NCBI GenBank assembly: GCA_043820925.1
Contig: JBDRDL010000088.1
Coordinates: forward strand, 1-43,266
Length of the DNA stretch: 43,266 bases
DNA from: Methanobacteriota archaeon
Lineage (GTDB): Archaea; Hydrothermarchaeota; Hydrothermarchaeia; Hydrothermarchaeales; JACRDW01
Direction of reading: 5' to 3'
A model generated the notes under the pieces. That model worked only from the letters and a program-made list of their open reading frames with translations. It was not told where the DNA came from and searched no databases. Shown here piece after piece: positions 1 through 9,799 of the stretch (positions are counted from its first letter, which is position 1; every line of letters starts with the position of its first letter). Both the position numbers and the translations under genes were made by a program.

Positions 1-60
1 CTATAAATCACCAGCAGGTAACTTTCTTTCATACATGAACTTCGATTTTGGACGCCCTTT

Positions 61-3000
61 ATGAGTTGGACGACAAATGAGAGAAAAGTTAAGTTAGTTA
101 GCATATTAGAATTATTGCTCTTCGTATTAGGCGTATTTTCCAATAATGCGAACATTGCTTTCGCATTAAGTGGTGAGCCTGGTGGACAAAGCTCAGGTAG
201 TTCAGACGGAGCAGGTGAAGCAAAGCCCGAAATCGATAAAAACAATGCCACGACTATAACCTTCGATAGGGAATTGTCTGGAGACAAAGTTGGGCAGCAC
301 AAGGCACCTCCTCTTTCTTTGGTTGGCATGAAAATCACAGCAACAACTTCCAGCCCAATCGAGAATGGAGTTCTAATCGATTACTATCCAGTGGAATGGA
401 CGATAAGCGATGCGAATAGTGGGAATGTTAGCCCATATAATACTATATATAATAAGATAGAGTGGAACGTTGGCACGGTTAACGAAAGCGTTTCTCAGAG
501 TTATGTGGTATTTTCCCCGCAAAGAACTCTGCCACCAACAAAGTATTATTTCTTTTCAGAATTTTCAGGTAAGCGAAGCGATGCCTGGATGGTAATAGTT
601 TCTGATCCAAGTCCAGCACTTATATTATTCTGGGATGGTGATACCATTCCTTCAGGATGGACATGCATTTCTTGTGTTCCTGGGGATCCTTTCTACCAAA
701 GATTTCCAAGAGGTAATGATACATATGGTATTACAGGAGGTTCTGCTCACACTCATACACTTTCTTGGGTTTCTACTACAGGACCTTCTGCTATCGCACA
801 GTATGATGATTCAGGAGGAACAACAAATTACTCTTCTTCTGTTCATATTCATGGCTTAGCATCTTACACTGTTTCAGAAGTATTGCCACCTTACAGAAAC
901 TTAAAAGTAATTAGGTATGATGCTGGAATTCCTTCAACCCTGCCAGCAGGAGTAATAGCTATTTTTAACACAACTTCTCTGCCATCTGGATGGACTGCAT
1001 ATGCTTTACAAGATAATTATTTTGCAAGGGGCGAAGGAGCAATAGCTACAGGTGGTTCTAATACTCATAGTGTGAGTGTTACATCTGCTGCAAATACAAC
1101 ATCAATAGACATAGCTAAGGCAGCTTCAGCAACTGGTGAACTGTTAAACCATACACATACAGGAAGTGGAACGTCAGGCTCTGCCAGTAGGCTTCCACCT
1201 TATATAGAAGTTGTATTTGCAAATGCAAGCTCTGATACTTCAATACCGAACGGAATGATAGCAATGTTTAATGAAACTCCTTCGGCCGATTGGGAAGTAG
1301 TATCAGCAAGCGGCAAGCCATTCTATCTTAATTTTTTAAAAGGAAATTCAACTGCCTATGGAGCTACAGGTGGCGCTGAAACACATAATCATTCGAATCT
1401 TAACGTTACTCTTAGTGCCACTACTAATACATTTTCAACAGCTGATGTAGCACCACTAGAGGTAGGAGCCGATGTTGCTCATACTCACACTATGACAGTT
1501 TCATTTTCAACAAATAGCACTATACCTCCTTACATAAGCGTTATTTTTGCATATAAAAAACCAGACACAACCCCCCCAACGGTTGCTGTGCAGAGCCCCA
1601 CAAACACTACATATGATGTAGCCAGCGTCTGGGTGAACGTAACCCTCAATGAGGACACAGGTAATGTAACAGCCCAGTTGGATGCTGCAACGAATTACTC
1701 CCTTGCAAACAGCTCTGGCAACTGGAACTACTTGCTCACAGTGAGCGATGGAGCGCACAACGTAAGAATCTTTGCCAACGACAGCTCTGGTAACATGAAC
1801 AGTAGCCAGATAGTTTACTTCACCGTCGTGGCTGATAACCCTCCGTATCGGGTTGACATTCAGTTCCCGGCTAATAACACCTGGAATGCCTCTGCAACCA
1901 TTAACGTTGGTGTCTTGGTTGCGGATGACAGAGGCTTCACCAACCTTACGCTACGCAATGCAAGTGCTGTGTTAGCCTATAACTCCTCGGCAGTTGTTAA
2001 CGGCTCTGTTAACGTTTTGACCTATGCCTTCCCGGCTGACGGAATATATTTGGTTTATGCCAATGCGACTGACAATGCAACGACTCCCCAGTCTAATAGG
2101 AGCGTTAACTGGACGGTTAAGATTGATGCAACTCCGCCAAGGTGGTATGATAGGAATCAGCATGTCTCCAGTCTGTACAAAGGTGAAGACGCAAAAGTTT
2201 ATGCGAGGTGGGCTGACAATGTACAATTGGCAAATGCGACATTATCGCATAATGCCTCTGGTTCTTGGGCGAATGTCTCAACTATTTATTTAGGCGGAGT
2301 TAATACTTGGTCGAACTTTACCATTAACACATTAACAACTTGGACTCCGGGTATCAAGACCTGGAAGATCTACGCCAACGATACAGTAGGCAACGAGAAT
2401 GTTACCGACGAAAAGTCATTCGAGCTCTGGGGCTGGTCAAACATAAGCTGGATAGCTCCTGATGATGGTACTTACTCGCTGGGAACTACGGTAAAACTGG
2501 TAGCACAGGTTAGGGATGCCAACTCCTCTGCGGCAATAGGGAATTATACCGTTGAATTCTATAACGTAACCGCTACGACTGCGACATACCTGGGTCAAAA
2601 TAATACGAATTCCAGCGGCTATGCTGTATGGTACTGGAATACATCCGGACTGGCAAAAGGGACATATTATCCTAAGGCGAATATTACCAATAACGCCACT
2701 ATGTATTACAACGCCTCTGCTGACAACCGAGACAACACAACCATAACATTGGTTACCGACATAACACCTCCGGGAATAAACATAACCTCGCCAAGGAACG
2801 AAACTTACTATGTTAATTCGGTTGATCTGAACTATTCTGTAAACGAGACAACCTCATGGGAAGGCTACAGCCTGGATGGACGGGCAAACGTAACATTGAC
2901 TGGTAATACGACTCTGATGAACATAGGAAACGGCAGTCACAATGTGACGGTCTACGCAAACGATACCGCTGGAAACATGGGCTCAAGCATGGTCTGGTTC

Positions 3001-4776
3001 ACGATAAGTGTTTCAGACATAACACCTCCAACCATAACAATAACAAACCCGGCGAATGAGACTGAGATAAATATATTAAATGACACAGTCACTGGTACCG
3101 TCACTGATGACGTGGGGATAGCTCAGATAACTCTGGCACTCAATGGCACCGTTGTGCACACATGGAGCAGTGCAGGGGATTTCAGCAAAAAGGTAAATTA
3201 CACCGCCAACGCAAGTGCCGAGATAACCGTAACGGCAAAAGATACATCGGAGAATATCGCCTCGAAGACTATCGTTGTGGAGGTCCGTCCAAGAATGGTA
3301 AGCAAACCTGTTACAACGACTGCGAATGTGCCAGAGGTCATTGACGTCAAAAACGAGACCAATACGATTATAACTCTTACCACTGTGCAGGCAGTAAGCG
3401 GCACCATAAACGTGACAGCATGCACAAATACATCTGCTGTAGGGGTTGATTCTATGTCTAGCTATGGTCTTGCCCAAAATCAGCATTCTTTGAATAAATA
3501 CATCAAGATAAACGTGAGCGACAACCTAAATGCCACCAGTGGGAATATCTCGTGGGTGATCACCAAGCTATACTATAGCGATGCAGACCTTGATAGGACT
3601 GGAGATGGAGATGCGAATGATCCTAGCGACATAAATGAGCAATCGCTAAAATTGTACTGGTACTGCCCCAATTGCACCGGCAACCAAAAATGGTTCCCGG
3701 TAAATAAAGGCAATGTCTTGGTTTCAAAAGGTGGTCCAGTAGTTTATGAGGCAGACGTCGACATGACCAACAATTACGTCTGGGCAAATCTATCGCATTT
3801 CAGTGTTTATGGTTTGGCAGGGGATGAAAGAGGAGAAGAAGTAGGGGTAGTACCTGGTGCTGGAGGCGGTGGTGGAGGTGGGGGCGGAGTCGTCCCAGTT
3901 GCCCCGCCGGCATTAAAAGAAGGGGTCAATATTTTAACACCTCCTTTAATGGAAAAGATCATGGATGAACGCAACTTAAGGGGCAAACCTTTCTGTGATG
4001 CACCGTTGCCCCTTGCAGCACCGATGATCTTGGTAGGAGAATATCCGGTGCCGACCAGTCCATTGATCCAAGGCACTTTAGTCTATCCTGTAAAGTCAGT
4101 GCTCAAGCCTTCGAATGCTGTTCGAGGAGCCACCGTGGTCGATCTCGGCGCAGTAAATGAGATGTACGATATTGCAGCAGAGAAGGTTTTAAGGAAATAC
4201 GCCTTTGCAAGCGCCATCATTATTGCAAGGGGCGATAATCCCGTCGACTCTATGGCAGCAATAGCCTATGCCAAGCAAAAAGACTTACCAATATTGTTGA
4301 CGAGACCAAATGAGTTACCTGAGCCAACTCTAAATGCGATACAAAACCTAAAACCAAACAAGATAATAGTAATCGGTGGTCCTATGGCGGTTTCTACAAA
4401 GGTTGAAAATCGGCTTAAAGAAATAGCTTATGTGGAGAGGATATGGGGTGAAACAAGGCACGAGACAACAGTAGAGATAGCCAGTAAAATAGACAATTTT
4501 GACACAATCGTTATAACAGGTGGAGAGAACCCGAGTGTAGATGCCCTTATCGTTGCGGCAGAGTACGGGGCACCGTTATTATACGTTACGGGCTCGAATG
4601 TCCCGCAGAGGGCAGAGGAGTTTATAGTGGAGCACAAGACAACCAAAGTGGTGATAGTCGACGTTGATAGGAAGGTATCCACAGAGATACAGGTACTGAT
4701 GGCTCTTCCGAGATTCCTAACAAGGCACGAGACCGTTAAAAAACTATATCAGATTGGCACAGAACTTTTGGGATAA
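61..4776 (+). CDS. Large secreted/cell-surface protein: signal-like N-terminus, three phage tail-collar-like repeats, Ig-like repeats, Gly linker, C-terminal CW_binding_2-like repeats
   Basis: 1571 aa ORF. Hydrophobic N-terminus, many N-x-S/T sequons, repeated 'P.G.I.xF....PSGW...F.RG....TGG..H.H...PPY', DTTPP/DITPP Ig-like boundaries, and 'PILL'/'GETRHETTVEIA' motifs. Confidence 0.7.
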   Translation: MSWTTNERKVKLVSILELLLFVLGVFSNNANIAFALSGEPGGQSSGSSDGAGEAKPEIDKNNATTITFDRELSGDKVGQHKAPPLSLVGMKITATTSSPIENGVLIDYYPVEWTISDANSGNVSPYNTIYNKIEWNVGTVNESVSQSYVVFSPQRTLPPTKYYFFSEFSGKRSDAWMVIVSDPSPALILFWDGDTIPSGWTCISCVPGDPFYQRFPRGNDTYGITGGSAHTHTLSWVSTTGPSAIAQYDDSGGTTNYSSSVHIHGLASYTVSEVLPPYRNLKVIRYDAGIPSTLPAGVIAIFNTTSLPSGWTAYALQDNYFARGEGAIATGGSNTHSVSVTSAANTTSIDIAKAASATGELLNHTHTGSGTSGSASRLPPYIEVVFANASSDTSIPNGMIAMFNETPSADWEVVSASGKPFYLNFLKGNSTAYGATGGAETHNHSNLNVTLSATTNTFSTADVAPLEVGADVAHTHTMTVSFSTNSTIPPYISVIFAYKKPDTTPPTVAVQSPTNTTYDVASVWVNVTLNEDTGNVTAQLDAATNYSLANSSGNWNYLLTVSDGAHNVRIFANDSSGNMNSSQIVYFTVVADNPPYRVDIQFPANNTWNASATINVGVLVADDRGFTNLTLRNASAVLAYNSSAVVNGSVNVLTYAFPADGIYLVYANATDNATTPQSNRSVNWTVKIDATPPRWYDRNQHVSSLYKGEDAKVYARWADNVQLANATLSHNASGSWANVSTIYLGGVNTWSNFTINTLTTWTPGIKTWKIYANDTVGNENVTDEKSFELWGWSNISWIAPDDGTYSLGTTVKLVAQVRDANSSAAIGNYTVEFYNVTATTATYLGQNNTNSSGYAVWYWNTSGLAKGTYYPKANITNNATMYYNASADNRDNTTITLVTDITPPGINITSPRNETYYVNSVDLNYSVNETTSWEGYSLDGRANVTLTGNTTLMNIGNGSHNVTVYANDTAGNMGSSMVWFTISVSDITPPTITITNPANETEINILNDTVTGTVTDDVGIAQITLALNGTVVHTWSSAGDFSKKVNYTANASAEITVTAKDTSENIASKTIVVEVRPRMVSKPVTTTANVPEVIDVKNETNTIITLTTVQAVSGTINVTACTNTSAVGVDSMSSYGLAQNQHSLNKYIKINVSDNLNATSGNISWVITKLYYSDADLDRTGDGDANDPSDINEQSLKLYWYCPNCTGNQKWFPVNKGNVLVSKGGPVVYEADVDMTNNYVWANLSHFSVYGLAGDERGEEVGVVPGAGGGGGGGGGVVPVAPPALKEGVNILTPPLMEKIMDERNLRGKPFCDAPLPLAAPMILVGEYPVPTSPLIQGTLVYPVKSVLKPSNAVRGATVVDLGAVNEMYDIAAEKVLRKYAFASAIIIARGDNPVDSMAAIAYAKQKDLPILLTRPNELPEPTLNAIQNLKPNKIIVIGGPMAVSTKVENRLKEIAYVERIWGETRHETTVEIASKIDNFDTIVITGGENPSVDALIVAAEYGAPLLYVTGSNVPQRAEEFIVEHKTTKVVIVDVDRKVSTEIQVLMALPRFLTRHETVKKLYQIGTELLG

Positions 4777-4790
4777 AGGGTGTTATCTTT

Positions 4791-4988
4791 TTGAAAGTTA
4801 CAGTTAAAACAGATAAAAAATCTATGGTTGAGATTAGAGACAGAGCCACAATCAACGATCTTCTCGAGCAGTTAGGCATAAACAGGGAAACAGTCATTGT
4901 CAGACGAAACAAGGAGATTTGTCTAGAGGAAGAGCTTCTCAAGCCTAACGATTTCGTAGAAATCATAAAGGTCGTAACCGGTGGTTAG
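4791..4988 (+). CDS. MoaD/ThiS-family ubiquitin-like sulfur carrier (SAMP)
   Basis: 65 aa, TTG start after GGGTG, ends in GG, adjacent to a TtuA-like gene. Confidence 0.85.
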   Translation: MKVTVKTDKKSMVEIRDRATINDLLEQLGINRETVIVRRNKEICLEEELLKPNDFVEIIKVVTGG

Positions 4989-5870
4989 ATGCGGTGCGAT
5001 AAGTGCGAGAAGACGGCAATTTATGCGAGGCGCTACAGCGGGCAGAGATTCTGCGGAGAGCATTTTTTGCAGTACTTCGAGAATAAAGTCAGGAAGACTA
5101 TTCAGAAGTACAAAATGATTGAGAGAGGAGATAGGCTCGGCGTCGCAGTAAGCGGCGGCAAGGACAGCATCACAACGCTCTCCATTCTCAATGAGCTTGC
5201 GAAAATTGAGATTTGCGCTATTGCTGTGGATGAGGGAATTAGAGGCTATCGGAGTTCTACTATAAAGAGTGCAAGCTTGTTTTGCTCCGAGCAAAACATC
5301 CCCCTGCATATCGTTTCTTTTAGGAAGAGGTTCGGGGCAACGCTGGATAAAATAATGAGGCAGGAAAAAGTAAATGCGTGCACCTACTGCGGGGTTCTGA
5401 GGAGAAGGTTGCTAAGCGAGAAAGCGAGAGAGCTGGGTTTAGACAAGCTCGCAACCGGTCATAATCTGGACGACGAAGTTCAGGCTATAATGATGAACTA
5501 TATCAGGGGCGATATTGAGAGATTGCTCAGATTGAGTCGCTCAGTGCTAAATAAGAAATTCATGCCACGAATTAAGCCTCTTTCAGAAATGCCTGAGAAA
5601 GAGGTTGCTCTGTATGCGCTTCTTCGTGATTTCAAGGTAAGCTTTGCGGAGTGTCCTTATTCGCTCGGCACTTTTAGAGCCAGCATAAGAGATTTCATAA
5701 ACGAGCTTGAAAAAAACAATGCGGGCATAAAGTTCTCAATACTAAAAGGCTATCAGAAGTTACTCCCTTACTTAGAATTAAAAGCAGCGATGCATGAATG
5801 CGAGATATGCGGCGAGCCTACCTCGCAGAAGATTTGCAAAACGTGCTTATTAGTGAAAATGTTTATTTAA
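4989..5870 (+). CDS. ncsA: tRNA 2-thiolation protein, TtuA/NcsA (Ncs6) family
   Basis: N- and C-terminal Zn fingers, PP-loop SGGKDS, CxxC, TGHNLDD. Confidence 0.85.
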   Translation: MRCDKCEKTAIYARRYSGQRFCGEHFLQYFENKVRKTIQKYKMIERGDRLGVAVSGGKDSITTLSILNELAKIEICAIAVDEGIRGYRSSTIKSASLFCSEQNIPLHIVSFRKRFGATLDKIMRQEKVNACTYCGVLRRRLLSEKARELGLDKLATGHNLDDEVQAIMMNYIRGDIERLLRLSRSVLNKKFMPRIKPLSEMPEKEVALYALLRDFKVSFAECPYSLGTFRASIRDFINELEKNNAGIKFSILKGYQKLLPYLELKAAMHECEICGEPTSQKICKTCLLVKMFI

Positions 5871-5902
5871 GCTTTTAAAAATGAACTGATGAGGTATCTA
5901 AA

Positions 5903-6886
5903 TTGGGAAGAAGAGCGCATCATCCCAGGCGTGGCTCCCTCGGATACAGCCCGAGAAAGAGAGCTGCAAGAGTCGTTCCGAGAGTTAGGTCTTGGGTAAA
6001 GGAAGATGAAGTAAGAATGCAGGGCTTCAGCGGATACAAGGCTGGCGTTACGCATGTTGCCATGGTTGACGACTATCCAAACAGCCTTACATACGGAGAA
6101 GAAGTCACGGCGGCGGCTACTATCGTTGAAGCGCCGCCGATGAAGGTCTGCGGGGTTCGTTGCTATGGCGAGGATACGCACGGCTTGAAAGTCTTGGGCG
6201 AAGTATGGAGTCCTGATGCTGTGAAAGATTTAGCAAAAGTTTTCCAGATTAAAAATTTTAAAAACAAGTTAGAAGACCTTCAGGGAGCTATGGACAGGGC
6301 GAAGGAACTCAGGCTAATCGTTCATACCCAGCCGATGCTGAGCGCATTATCCAAAAAAACACCTGAAATTATGGAATATCCTGTTTCAGGTACTCCGGCT
6401 CAGGCGCTGGAATATGCAAAAAAAGTTTTTGGAAAGGAAATTAAAGTGAGCGACGTTTTCGGGGAAGGAGAAATCGTGGACACGATAAGTATAACTAAAG
6501 GGAAGGGATTTCAGGGCGCTCTGAAAAGATGGGGGACAAAACACCTTCCGAGGAAAACAAGGAAAGGAAGGAGAACTGTAGGAACGCTTGGCCCCTGGCA
6601 TCCTGCAGCGATGATGTGGACAGTTCCGACAGGCGGGCAGATGGGCTATCACCAGAGAAGTGAAATCAACAAAAGAATATTAAAAATAGGCAGCGGAGAT
6701 ATTACGCCTAAGGGAGGATTTCTAAATTACGGCGTTGTTAAGGGAGATTATATAATTTTGCGGGGCTCGGTTGCAGGTCCCAGAAAAAGGTTAATAAGGC
6801 TTAGACCTGCGGTTAGACCTCCCAAGAGAAAATTCGAGAAACCGCAGCTAACTTACATCAGCAGGGAGTCAAAGCAGGGTGCGTAA
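5903..6886 (+). CDS. rpl3: 50S ribosomal protein L3
   Basis: PRRGSLGYSPRKRA, GYKAG, KGKGFQG, GQMGYHQR; TTG start. Confidence 0.97.
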   Translation: MGRRAHHPRRGSLGYSPRKRAARVVPRVRSWVKEDEVRMQGFSGYKAGVTHVAMVDDYPNSLTYGEEVTAAATIVEAPPMKVCGVRCYGEDTHGLKVLGEVWSPDAVKDLAKVFQIKNFKNKLEDLQGAMDRAKELRLIVHTQPMLSALSKKTPEIMEYPVSGTPAQALEYAKKVFGKEIKVSDVFGEGEIVDTISITKGKGFQGALKRWGTKHLPRKTRKGRRTVGTLGPWHPAAMMWTVPTGGQMGYHQRSEINKRILKIGSGDITPKGGFLNYGVVKGDYIILRGSVAGPRKRLIRLRPAVRPPKRKFEKPQLTYISRESKQGA

Positions 6887-6990
6887 AATGAGCCCTTTTA
6901 AAAAAAGCCCTCGGGTGAGCAAGTACAACAGTGGGTGAAGACCGAGGAGAAATGAATGAAATGAAATTTCGACGAAGGGATTCAAAATGA
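6885..6990 (+). repeat. Composite junction element (T/A-tract module, spacer, tandem-GA hairpin 6936-6984)
   Basis: 6885-6918 is identical to 26761-26794. Hairpin TGAA-GA-CC-GA-G-GA-GAAAT-GA-AT-GAA-AT-GAA-ATTTC-GA-C-GAA-GG-GA-TTCA. Confidence 0.85.
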
Positions 6991-7763
6991 AAGTTAATGT
7001 TTATTCTTTGAAAGGCAAAGTGGTTAGAAAAATAGAACTGCCGAGGGTTTTTGGAGAAGAAATAAGACCGGATTTGATTAAGAGAGCTGTTCTCGCTGCG
7101 CAGTCAGCACGCTACCAGAGGCACGGCGTGGACTGGTTTGCAGGCAAGCGAACCTCTGCATTCTCCTGGGGACCAGGGCACGGCGTTTCTAGAGTTCCGA
7201 GGGTTAAGGGGAGCAGGCATCCTGCCGGAGGTAGAGGAGCAATAGTACCGCAGGCAGTCGGCGGCAGGGAAGCACATCCGCCGGTAGTCCAGAAAAAAGT
7301 TATAGAGAAGATAAATGCCAAAGAGAGGCAAAAAGCTATTGCCTCTGCACTCGCTGCAACTGCTGTAAAAGAACTTGTGCAAAAAAGAGGTCATGCCATT
7401 GCTAATGTGCCGCAGATACCTCTGGTTGTGGAGGATGGGTTAGAAAGCATCAAAACAGCCAAGGAAACAAGAGAAATTTTCGAGAAGCTTGGACTCTGGG
7501 AGGATGTGCTCAGAGCCAAACAAAGGAATATTCGAGCTGGAAAGGGCAAGATGAGGGGAAGGAAATACAAGAACAGGAAGAGTGCCTTGCTTGTCGTTGC
7601 CGAAGACAGGGGCATTAAACTCGGAGCGAGAAATCATCCGGGCATAGACGTTGTCAGGGTTGAGAACTTAGGAGTTGAGCATTTGGCGCCCGGAACGCAC
7701 TTCGGAAGGCTGGTAGTTTATACGAAGGCTGCGATACAAAAGCTGGGAGAGAGATTTAAATGA
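6987..7763 (+). CDS. rpl4: 50S ribosomal protein L4
   Basis: IRPDLIKRAV, GGREAHPP, RAGKGKMRGR, LAPG motifs. Confidence 0.97.
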   Translation: MKVNVYSLKGKVVRKIELPRVFGEEIRPDLIKRAVLAAQSARYQRHGVDWFAGKRTSAFSWGPGHGVSRVPRVKGSRHPAGGRGAIVPQAVGGREAHPPVVQKKVIEKINAKERQKAIASALAATAVKELVQKRGHAIANVPQIPLVVEDGLESIKTAKETREIFEKLGLWEDVLRAKQRNIRAGKGKMRGRKYKNRKSALLVVAEDRGIKLGARNHPGIDVVRVENLGVEHLAPGTHFGRLVVYTKAAIQKLGERFK

Positions 7764-8008
7764 TTATAATCCATCCAGACGTTACTGAAAAGTCAATGAA
7801 GTTAGTCGAGTCAGAAAACAAGCTCGTGTTTGTAGTTTCGAGAGAAGCGAGTAAAAGTGAGATTAAAACTGCTGTAGAAAAGTTGTATGAAGTTAAGGTA
7901 GCTGATGTTAATACTTCTATAACTCCGAGAGGAGTAAAGAAGGCTTATATTAAGCTGACTCCGGAATACAAGGCAGAAGAGGTTGCCACGAGAATGGGAA
8001 TCTTCTAA
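7760..8008 (+). CDS. rpl23: 50S ribosomal protein L23
   Basis: TEKS, KLVFVV, KKAYIKL; operon position. Confidence 0.96.
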   Translation: MIIIHPDVTEKSMKLVESENKLVFVVSREASKSEIKTAVEKLYEVKVADVNTSITPRGVKKAYIKLTPEYKAEEVATRMGIF

Positions 8009-8160
8009 TCTCAGCACGTCGTCGCAACTTCGCTATCGCTTGTTGCTCCTAGTGCCGAGACTCAGAGTTGCACTTGCTACGCAAGTGTGGTGCAACGGGT
8101 CAAGACACGACGAGGAGCGAATGAAATGAGCTCCGAGGAAGTGGATTGAGGTGGATTGAA
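8009..8160. repeat. Composite junction element: type-B hairpin (8009-8063, minus) + spacer + type-A hairpin (8100-8149, plus)
   Basis: TCTCAGCAC...GTGCCGAGACTC, then ACTTGC-TAC-GCAAGT, then GGGTCAAGACAC...GTGGATTGA. GTGGATTGA is tandemly duplicated. Confidence 0.85.
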
Positions 8161-8880
8161 ATGGGAAAGAGAATAACTGTTCAGAGAAGAGGAAAAGGAA
8201 CTTCGGTGTACAAAGCACCGTCTCACAGATATATAGGTGAGGCGAAGTATAGAGTGTATGACAGCAGGGAGAAGGAAGGAGTCGTTAAAGGTAGGGTGCT
8301 TGATATAATCCCTAATCCAGCAGCGAGCGCACCAGTCGTCGAGGTGCAGTTTGAGGACGGAGAGAAGAAATTGCTGCTTGCTTCAGAAGGCATCAGCGTG
8401 GGGAATGAGATATTCTGCGGGTCTGCGGCACAAGTGGCGCAGGGCAATATTTTACCTTTATCCAAAATACCTGAGGGAACTCCAATCCACAACATAGAAA
8501 ATAAACCCGGCGATGGAGGCAGATTTGTCCGCTCTTCAGGAGCCTATGGTTTGCTGATAGCCCATGAGGCAGATAAAAGCGTGGTGCAGCTGCCTTCAGG
8601 AGAGTTGAAATCCATAGATTCGAGATGCAGGGCTACGATTGGAATAGTGGCTGGCGGAGGCAGGAGAGACAAACCTATATTAAAGGCTGGAAAGATGTGG
8701 CACATGCTCAAACCTAAAGCAAAGTACTGGCCGATAGTAAGGAAAGTTAAAATGAATCCTGTTGCGCATCCGCACGGCGGCGGCTCGGGACACCCTGGTA
8801 AACCTACGTGCGTTTCTAGGTCAACCCCGCCAGGAAGAAAAGTTGGGTTAATCGCAGCCAGAAGAACAGGGAGAAAGTAA
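8161..8880 (+). CDS. rpl2: 50S ribosomal protein L2
   Basis: MGKRITVQRRGKG, MNPVAHPHGGG, GRKVGLIAARRTG; ATG at 8161 after GAGGTG. Confidence 0.97.
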   Translation: MGKRITVQRRGKGTSVYKAPSHRYIGEAKYRVYDSREKEGVVKGRVLDIIPNPAASAPVVEVQFEDGEKKLLLASEGISVGNEIFCGSAAQVAQGNILPLSKIPEGTPIHNIENKPGDGGRFVRSSGAYGLLIAHEADKSVVQLPSGELKSIDSRCRATIGIVAGGGRRDKPILKAGKMWHMLKPKAKYWPIVRKVKMNPVAHPHGGGSGHPGKPTCVSRSTPPGRKVGLIAARRTGRK

Positions 8881-8944
8881 AATGGTCGGTCAAGAGCGAC
8901 TGAGCAGCGAGTATAACGAGCTGCGAACGAGGGATTGAAATGGT
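8880..8944 (+). repeat. Type-A tandem-GA hairpin flanked by AAATGGT direct repeats
   Basis: TCAA-GA-GC-GA-CT-GA-GCAGC-GA-GT-ATA-AC-GA-GCTGC-GA-AC-GA-GG-GA-TTGA (8890-8938). Confidence 0.8.
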
Positions 8945-9332
8945 TAAAAAATTCACATATAGAGGTCATGCCCTAGAAGAGCTTCAAGCAATGCCGAATG
9001 ACGAGTTCATGAAATTGCTGCCTTCGAGGCAGAGGCGAAGCCTGCTCAGGGGAACATCAGAGGCGCAGAAGAAACTCTTTGAAAAAATGAAGAAAACCAA
9101 AAAAGGTGCAACAGTTAAGTTGAGAACTCACTGCAGGGATATGGTCATTCTACCAGATATGGTTGGACTGGTTTTCGAGGTTCACAACGGAAAGGAATTT
9201 CTAAGGGTGGAGATTCAGCCCGAAATGATTGGTCATTATCTCTCGGAATTTGCGCTCACGAGAAAGAGAGTCAAGCACGGAGCTCCAGGCATGGGAGCTA
9301 CGAAGTCCAGCTTGTACATACCTCTCAAATAG
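8940..9332 (+). CDS. rps19: 30S ribosomal protein S19
   Basis: [25 protein letters not shown]. Confidence 0.97.
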   Translation: MVKKFTYRGHALEELQAMPNDEFMKLLPSRQRRSLLRGTSEAQKKLFEKMKKTKKGATVKLRTHCRDMVILPDMVGLVFEVHNGKEFLRVEIQPEMIGHYLSEFALTRKRVKHGAPGMGATKSSLYIPLK

Positions 9333-9342
9333 GTGGAATAAA

Positions 9343-9795
9343 ATGGACTACTCCTTTAAACTAAAAGATGAAACAAAGATTGCGAGAGCGATCGGCAGCG
9401 AAATAAGAGTTTCTCCCAAATTCTCTGCAGAAATTTGCAGGGAGATAAAGGGCAAGAAACTGGACAAGGCGAGAGAATTTTTACAGGACGTAATTGCGAT
9501 GAAAAGAGCGGTAGCTTTAAAGAGATACAAAAAAGGAGTTGCTCACAGGAAAGGCTTGAGGAAGGCTTATGCAGGTAGATACCCTGTAAAGGCAGCTTCC
9601 CGCATTCTAAAAGTTTTAAATGCTGCGCAGGCGAATGCAGAGTACAAAGGTCTCAGCGCTGAAAAATTGTACATAAAGCACATAGCAGCGCAGAGAGGCA
9701 GGATAATAAGAGGAATTCTTCCAAGGGCGTTTGGAAAGGCGTCAGCTCATAATACTCCTACTTCAAATATCGAGGTCATGCTGGAGGAAAGGTGA
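9343..9795 (+). CDS. rpl22: 50S ribosomal protein L22
   Basis: SPKFSAEIC, GRYPVKAA, PRAFGKA; ATG at 9343 after AGGTG. Confidence 0.96.
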   Translation: MDYSFKLKDETKIARAIGSEIRVSPKFSAEICREIKGKKLDKAREFLQDVIAMKRAVALKRYKKGVAHRKGLRKAYAGRYPVKAASRILKVLNAAQANAEYKGLSAEKLYIKHIAAQRGRIIRGILPRAFGKASAHNTPTSNIEVMLEER

Positions 9796-9799
9796 GAGT

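Noticed and set aside
3856..3890. G-rich tract as a G-quadruplex or regulatory repeat
   Set aside because: Explained by the poly-Gly linker of the surface protein.
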